This document shows positions 50,900 to 56,039 of a DNA stretch of 56,039 nucleotides, piece after piece. The stretch covers positions 1-56,039 of the forward strand of contig JANDJG010000003.1 in the NCBI GenBank assembly GCA_024331085.1, read 5' to 3'. The notes beneath the pieces were generated by a model. That model was not told where the DNA came from and made no database searches. It saw only the letters and a list, made by a program, of their open reading frames with translations. A program made the translations under genes and the position numbers. Source of the DNA: Nitrospira sp. (GTDB taxonomy: Bacteria; Nitrospirota; Nitrospiria; Nitrospirales; Nitrospiraceae). The number at the start of each line of letters is the position of its first letter. Positions within the stretch are counted from its first letter, which is position 1.

Positions 50900-52002
50900 G
50901 CGACGTGCTGACAAAGATTGATGCGTGGTTGGAAGACAGGGGTCCAGCCGCGCTGGTCATCCGTGAATACCTCATGCCGGTTGAGGGGCATGATGGCGTC
51001 GTGTTTCCAGCCACCTTTGCGGCAGGAGACGGTTTCCCAGGGGGATACAACATTGACACGTTCCCTGATGGCACAAATGTGTGTCTGATAGATGGCGTGG
51101 GCTCACAGGCCAATCGGATCGAGCCGCTGTTCACTAAGGCTGACTACGCGGGATTAGTCCCGCAGATTGTCATCAAAGCCGGTGAGAAGCGCGTCAATCT
51201 TCTTGAAGCTGGACACCGCGCGGGCGATGCAATTGTCCGCTGCTCTGGCTTGAAGGAGGAGTTGCAAAAGGCCTTCAAGGAAGTCTTAGGCGGAAACGCC
51301 GAGCCGCTAGCAAAGATCGCTCCCACTTCACTGGTGTTTGGGGTATGGGACTCGCGAGATACACAGGCGAAGCTCCCTCGGCTGCTGTCATCGACCATTC
51401 GCGCCTTCAATGTTCAACAGCTAACCAGGTCAGCAGTCTATGTCCCCCCTATTGATCACATCGCTATCGGTAATATTACCGATTATGCGAATGACAAAGA
51501 GAAAGAACAGTACTCCAAACGTGGTTGGTTGCAGGCGCTTGCTTCAGGAACTCATGGTGGTGTCATCGCCAGAGACGGTATCCGCCGCGATGCCACACTC
51601 CACCTTGCTGCCTTGCGTTTGCTCACCGCGAACCATGATAAGGACAAGACGCTGGCCTTGCGTCGGTACCTGCTCGGGCTGGCGCTGACAGCGTTCACCT
51701 ACTCGCCTATTGGGTATCTCCGCCAGGGCTGTAATCTAGTGCTTGACCCGGACAAACAACGGGACCTCAAGGTGGTTTACTACGACGGGAAACGCGAAGA
51801 CCTTCGGATTACACACGAAGATACTCTGGCTTACGCCAAGGCAGCGACGCAGGAGTTCGGAATAGATTCGCAGCGCAAGATTGACCTGACAAAGCCTCCA
51901 GACCGAGAGGTGGAGTTTGATAAGGAACTTGCCAAGAAAGATGTCGCAGGCGATGAGGCTGGGGCGCAAGGCAAGAAAACCAAAGCGAGGAAAGCGAAGT
52001 AG
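50896..52002 (+). CDS. csb1: Type I-G Cas7 (Csb1/GSU0053 family)
   Basis: VFPATF, D.VGSQANRIE, GHRAGDA, PTSLVFGVWDSR, LRQGCNL. Confidence 0.92.
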   Translation: MSDVLTKIDAWLEDRGPAALVIREYLMPVEGHDGVVFPATFAAGDGFPGGYNIDTFPDGTNVCLIDGVGSQANRIEPLFTKADYAGLVPQIVIKAGEKRVNLLEAGHRAGDAIVRCSGLKEELQKAFKEVLGGNAEPLAKIAPTSLVFGVWDSRDTQAKLPRLLSSTIRAFNVQQLTRSAVYVPPIDHIAIGNITDYANDKEKEQYSKRGWLQALASGTHGGVIARDGIRRDATLHLAALRLLTANHDKDKTLALRRYLLGLALTAFTYSPIGYLRQGCNLVLDPDKQRDLKVVYYDGKREDLRITHEDTLAYAKAATQEFGIDSQRKIDLTKPPDREVEFDKELAKKDVAGDEAGAQGKKTKARKAK

Positions 52003-52013
52003 CGGGGTATGCC

Positions 52014-53642
52014 ATGTCGGTCTTTCTCTGTGTTTCCATCACGCTACTGAATTCTACATTTCACGGTCGAAAGGGCCACCGTGAGATGGAATGGCCGCCG
52101 TCACCACTTCGCCTATTTCAAGCCCTCGTTGCGGCCGCTGCAAGACTAGGAAGCCAGGGCCTTGACAGTAATGACGTTCGATCAGTTTTGACCTGGCTCG
52201 AACAACGGGAGACCCCGCCGCTGATCATTGCTCCCGCTGCCTCTTTGTCTGGCAAAAACGGAAAGTGGCATGGCTATGTGCTCTCGGTCCCCAACAACGC
52301 CATGGACATCGTGGCACGAGCATGGGCTCGTGGAAACTATAATGGGACAGGAGACGCCGATCCAGCTACTCATCGTACGATGAAGGCTGTTCAGCCAGCG
52401 CATCTGCTGGATGGTGACACCATTCATTACCTATGGTCTATTAATGATCTTCCCATCGAAGGCAATAAAGGCCGGGCTGAGAAGCTGGCAAAGATTGCGA
52501 ACCATGTCGTCGCATTGGGCTGGGGCATTGACATGGCCATTGGACACGTGGCGGTGTTTTCCGAGGACGAGGTTAAGGCTCTCAGTGGAGAACAGTGGAT
52601 ACCGGAAGAAGAAGGTGGCGAAGCAGGGCTGCGTGTGCCGGTGCCCGGTACGCTCGATGCGTTGATGGCTCGGCACAAGCGCTTTCTCAAACGCATTCGA
52701 CTAGACGGTACGTTCGATCCCACACCGCCTTTGCCAGAATCTGCATACAACAGAATCGAGTATCGAAGAGCCACCGATCCGCCGCAAAGGCCTTTTGTGG
52801 CGTTTTCACTTCTGAAGCCTGATGCGAGTGGATTTCAGCCTTTTGATCCAGTGCGTAAAGGACTAACCCTGACAGGGATGGTGCGGCATGCCGTGGCATG
52901 CGCTGCCCGTCGAGGCGGTTGGGACGAGTCGAAAATAAACGCATTCATCCTCGGACACGGAGGACCGAAAAACGGATATCACCTCCCTGTGGGGCCTCAC
53001 CGTTTTTCCTATTTGCCGCTTCCCAGTCTTGAAGGGCGCGGAGAGGGGAAATCGCGTGTCGTTGGAAGTATCCGCCGGGTCTTACTGACGGCCTTTGCCG
53101 ATAGTTGCGAGGAAGAGGTGGGCTGGGCGCGGCGAGCTTTGTCCGGTCAAGATCTTGTCGATGAGGATTGTGGGCGGTCCATAGCGCTACTTTCGATTCT
53201 CCCTAGCAAAGAAAAGATTGTCCGCTGCTACACTCAGTCGGCTGATACCTGGGCCACGGTAACTCCAGTGGTACTGCCAGGGTACGATGACCCTGCACAC
53301 TATCGAAGACGATTGAAGAAAGGAACGACTGTCGAAGAGCAGAAACGCTTGCTCGAACGTCTGAACAACCGCGTCGACACCTTGCTTCGGAAGGCTATCG
53401 TCCAGGCAGGTCTTTCTCACGAACTCGCAATGTATGCAGAATTGGAGTGGCGAAAGTCTGGGTTCTGGCCCGGGACCGATCTGGCTGACCGATATGGTGT
53501 GCCCGACCATTTGAAACGGTTTTCTCGATGGCATGTGAAGCTGCGCTGGCGGGATGCGCAGGGGAAGCCAATCGCTGTGCCCGGTCCTCTATGCCTTGGT
53601 GGCGGCCGCTATTACGGTTTAGGCCTCTTCGCATCGATGTAA
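52014..53642 (+). CDS. csb2: Type I-G Cas5/Cas6 fusion Csb2 (GSU0054 family)
   Basis: FHGR...EWPPSPLRLFQALVA, LGWGID, WATVTPVVLP, C-terminal G-loop GPLCLGGGRYYGLGLF. Confidence 0.92.
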   Translation: MSVFLCVSITLLNSTFHGRKGHREMEWPPSPLRLFQALVAAAARLGSQGLDSNDVRSVLTWLEQRETPPLIIAPAASLSGKNGKWHGYVLSVPNNAMDIVARAWARGNYNGTGDADPATHRTMKAVQPAHLLDGDTIHYLWSINDLPIEGNKGRAEKLAKIANHVVALGWGIDMAIGHVAVFSEDEVKALSGEQWIPEEEGGEAGLRVPVPGTLDALMARHKRFLKRIRLDGTFDPTPPLPESAYNRIEYRRATDPPQRPFVAFSLLKPDASGFQPFDPVRKGLTLTGMVRHAVACAARRGGWDESKINAFILGHGGPKNGYHLPVGPHRFSYLPLPSLEGRGEGKSRVVGSIRRVLLTAFADSCEEEVGWARRALSGQDLVDEDCGRSIALLSILPSKEKIVRCYTQSADTWATVTPVVLPGYDDPAHYRRRLKKGTTVEEQKRLLERLNNRVDTLLRKAIVQAGLSHELAMYAELEWRKSGFWPGTDLADRYGVPDHLKRFSRWHVKLRWRDAQGKPIAVPGPLCLGGGRYYGLGLFASM

Positions 53643-53644
53643 AT

Positions 53645-53719
53645 GCGTTTACTCTCGGCCACTCCGCCCACTTCGGTTTGGGGCAGTTCATGCCGGTGGG
53701 GGGGCAGCATGAGATGTGA
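53645..53719 (+). pseudogene. C-terminal stub of a second csb2
   Basis: Just after the csb2 stop, another frame reads AFTLGHSAHFGLGQFMPV: a second Cas6-type G-loop, with its own stop. Confidence 0.65.
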
Positions 53720-53820
53720 GGAGTGGAGCATGAGAGGAAAAACAGCGTGCTCCGCACGTCTGAAGGTGAGAAGGTGTCGTTGAATGAGCTGATGGGAGTT
53801 CATGGGGCGGTGCCGGTAAC

Positions 53821-54352
53821 GTGAAGGACTGGAAGACCAAACATCCCCGGTGCATTGTGATTGCCGGACCAAACGGCGCGGGAAAGACAACGTTTGCACG
53901 AGAATTTCTCCCCCGAGAGGCGGGCGTGATTCACTTTGTCAATGTTGATCTGATCGCGAGCGGGCTCTCGCCCCTTCGTCCAGAACTGGCGGCGCGACGG
54001 GCAGGACGGCTTGTATTGGCGGAACTCAACCGATTGGCAAGGGGCCGGAAGGATTTTGCCTTTGAGAGCACATTGAGTGGGCGGACCTACCTCAGGATGC
54101 TCAGAGGGTGGAAAACCGCCGGTTATCGAATCGAGATGGTGTTCCTGCAGTTGCCGTCGGTCGAACTGGCGCTCCGACGTATTGCAGGGCGAGTCCGGCA
54201 AGGCGCGGCACAATGTGCCGCGGGATGACGTCATTCGGCGTTTTGACCGTAGTTGGAACAACTTTCGAACGCTTTATCGTCCCTTGGCAGATGTGTGGGT
54301 TGTGTATGACACTTCAGGAGAAGTTCCGCAATTATTGGAGGAAGGTCCATGA
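53821..54352 (+). pseudogene. Zeta-toxin-like / AAA P-loop NTPase, frameshifted
   Basis: IAGPNGAGKTT, FVN.DLIA.GLSP, FAFESTLSG; +1 nt at ~54206 breaks RVRQGGHNVP. Confidence 0.85.
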
Positions 54353-54507
54353 GGCAGAAAAATGATATGCCGGAGACCAAAGCATTCGTTCGGGTGGTCA
54401 GCCGAGCGTTGCGACGCGCCTTCAAAATGGCGAGGAAAGCAGCGCAGGCGCACCACACCCCCATTTATCTCTGGCGTAATGGCAAGGTTGTAGCGGAGAA
54501 ACCATGA
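54349..54507 (+). CDS. Small basic protein (52 aa), likely partner of the zeta-like NTPase
   Basis: MRQKND..RALRRAFKMARKAAQAHHTPIYLWRNGKVVAEKP; ATGA overlap and GGAGG RBS. Confidence 0.7.
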   Translation: MRQKNDMPETKAFVRVVSRALRRAFKMARKAAQAHHTPIYLWRNGKVVAEKP

Positions 54508-54699
54508 AAGAGAAACCCTCGGGCAGTTAGTTCATATCGGCGGGGGAGTCATATGAGGAGTGAGGGACGAAGGCGATTCTGGGCTATGTGAGGAGGCCGT
54601 TTGAGAGTGGGAATCAGATGAGTTCTTCCCTCCTCTTGATGGATCACACGTCGGCGCATGATGTCTGTCGGGCGTGACGCAGAAAGAAGAAGGGGGGAT

Positions 54700-55263
54700 G
54701 GCAGCAAATCGGCGACGGCGATTGACGCAGTTGGGGTAGCGAGCAGCGAAATGGTGTCGGATGGACCGAGCTTGACGTGTGAACGATAGGATGCGGGTTG
54801 GCCAGGCGGTGTCATGGGGGCACGGCAGATTTCCAGGCAACGCTCCGTGAGGTTGACGATCCAGTGTTCCGGAATACCGGCGCGGGCGTAGATATGGGCT
54901 TTCCGGTCACGGTCGAGGGAGAGTGTTGTGTCGGCGACTTCGACAATGAGCAGGGCCGAGCGAGGATACTCCTCGATTATAGTCTCTCGGGGGCCATGGG
55001 ACCACAGCGAGATCTGGATCCGGTTCGGGGTCGGGGGCAATGATCAGCGGCAATCGAATACGAATCCAATGGTTGCGGCCGAAGGCGTGTTGAAGCGCCG
55101 TATGTGCGAGACCGATCGTGGCGGAATGCGGGCTCTTCTGGGGCGTCAGAATCTCTCCGCCGAGCAATTCCACACGCTCGTCCGGATCAAGAATGCCCGC
55201 TTCGGCCATGCGGTCGTATTCCTGACGAGTCCAGCGCTTGGTGTGGATGGCGGGTGCGGACAT
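54700..55263 (-). pseudogene. Uma2-family (DUF820) PD-(D/E)XK endonuclease, degraded
   Basis: RWT..EY.RMAEAGIL..DERVELLGG, EP.PDLAVV, +1 frameshift ~54977, LLIVEVADTTL..DR..K..IYARAGIPEHWIVNL; normal stop lost after ADLLP. Confidence 0.85.
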
Positions 55264-55329
55264 TGTCGGCCTCGCATCGGCTTGCCGCAAGTCTAACAAA
55301 CGGGGCGCCAATCACAAGTGAACGGCCCG

Positions 55330-55348
55330 GTTCTTTGACAACTGAATA
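55330..55348 (+). promoter_or_regulatory. boxA-like antitermination element
   Basis: GTTCTTTGACAACTGAATA, ending ~30 nt before the cas4 start. Confidence 0.5.
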
Positions 55349-55378
55349 GTTCCAGCCGCTCTGCCGATAAGAGAGCGT

Positions 55379-56039
55379 ATGGAACACAACGCAGTAGCCG
55401 AAAGAACGGGGAGTGAGGCGATCCCCTTGCTCCCCGCGCGGATGGTCAATGAATTTGCCTATTGCCCGCGGCTCGCCTATTTCGAATGGGTGGACGGCGT
55501 CTTTGCCGATAATGCCGACACCGTCGAAGGCCGGTTCTATCACCGGCAGGTCGATCGCGAACCGGCTCGGCCGACCAAACGATCGGCAGATGGTGATGCG
55601 CCGGAAAGCGTAGTGCACCAACGGTCGGTCTGGTTGTCGTCCGAACGGCTGGGCGTCACAGCCAAGATTGATCTGGTGGAAGGGGACGTGCCTTCGCCAG
55701 ATGGCCAACCACAAGTTGTCATCCCCGTTGATTACAAACGCGGCAAACGTCCGCACACGGCCAAGGGAGCTTGGGAACCAGATCTGGTGCAACTCTGCAT
55801 GCAAGGTTTATTGCTTCGCGAGCATGGCTATCAGTGCGAGCGGGGCGTGCTCTATTTCGTGGGATCCCGCGAACGGGTCACCGTCGAATTTGATGAAGCC
55901 TTGGTGGCTCGAACGATGGAGCTGGTGGAGGGGATGCGCGCCATGACCACTCAGGCGATCGCTCCACCGCCATTAGTGGACAGTCCTAAATGTCCGCGCT
56001 GTTCGTTGGTGGGGCTGTGCCTGCCCGATGAAATCGGCT
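55379..56039 (+). CDS. cas4: Cas4 domain of a probable Cas4-Cas1 fusion (runs off window end; not in ORF track)
   Basis: Open to the window end: PARMVNEFAYCPRLAYFEWV, AKIDLVE, PVDYKRG, QLC.QGLLLRE.G, PPPL.DSPKCPRCSLVGLCLPDE (1+3 Cys Fe-S ligands); Cas1 fusion inferred from type I-G norm. Confidence 0.92.
   Translation, partial: MEHNAVAERTGSEAIPLLPARMVNEFAYCPRLAYFEWVDGVFADNADTVEGRFYHRQVDREPARPTKRSADGDAPESVVHQRSVWLSSERLGVTAKIDLVEGDVPSPDGQPQVVIPVDYKRGKRPHTAKGAWEPDLVQLCMQGLLLREHGYQCERGVLYFVGSRERVTVEFDEALVARTMELVEGMRAMTTQAIAPPPLVDSPKCPRCSLVGLCLPDEIG

Noticed and set aside
54190-54230. Programmed frameshifting as an explanation for the split NTPase (also the globin and Uma2 genes)
   Set aside because: No slippery run at the breaks; single-base insertions, plus additional lesions in two of the genes, fit decay or sequencing error better.

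Overview
Bacterial chromosomal window, GC-rich by eye. Gene order and protein style suggest Nitrospira/Nitrospirota (inference, not checked). Positions 1-38 kb and 40.8-45 kb are mostly housekeeping: PEP-CTERM genes with a TPR lipoprotein, proA, alr, rpsB-tsf-pyrH-frr, rplM-rpsI, argC-argJ, tRNA-Leu(CAA), a ccsA-hemA-hemC-cobA/hemD-hemB heme operon, ribF-tilS-hpt-ftsH-folP-glmM-comEC-mtnA, and ndk-gcvH-lpdA-comEA-tyrS. There are two accessory zones. (i) 38.1-40.7 kb is a decaying islet: a DUF433/DUF5615 toxin-antitoxin relic, a frameshifted truncated globin, an internally deleted IS1380-family element with both ends, and an intact vapBC. (ii) 45.2-56 kb is a type I-G CRISPR-Cas locus, with no array inside the window. 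It is led by a WYL regulator, two near-identical GTGAC-N7-GTCAC palindromes with PafBC-like promoter geometry, and a small secreted Asn/Pro 12-aa-repeat protein. The intact cas3-cas8g2-cas7g-csb2 cassette is bracketed by the 5' stub of a different cas3 and the 3' stub of a different csb2, suggesting an in-place effector swap. A boxA-like element precedes the cas4(-cas1) gene, which runs off the window end.
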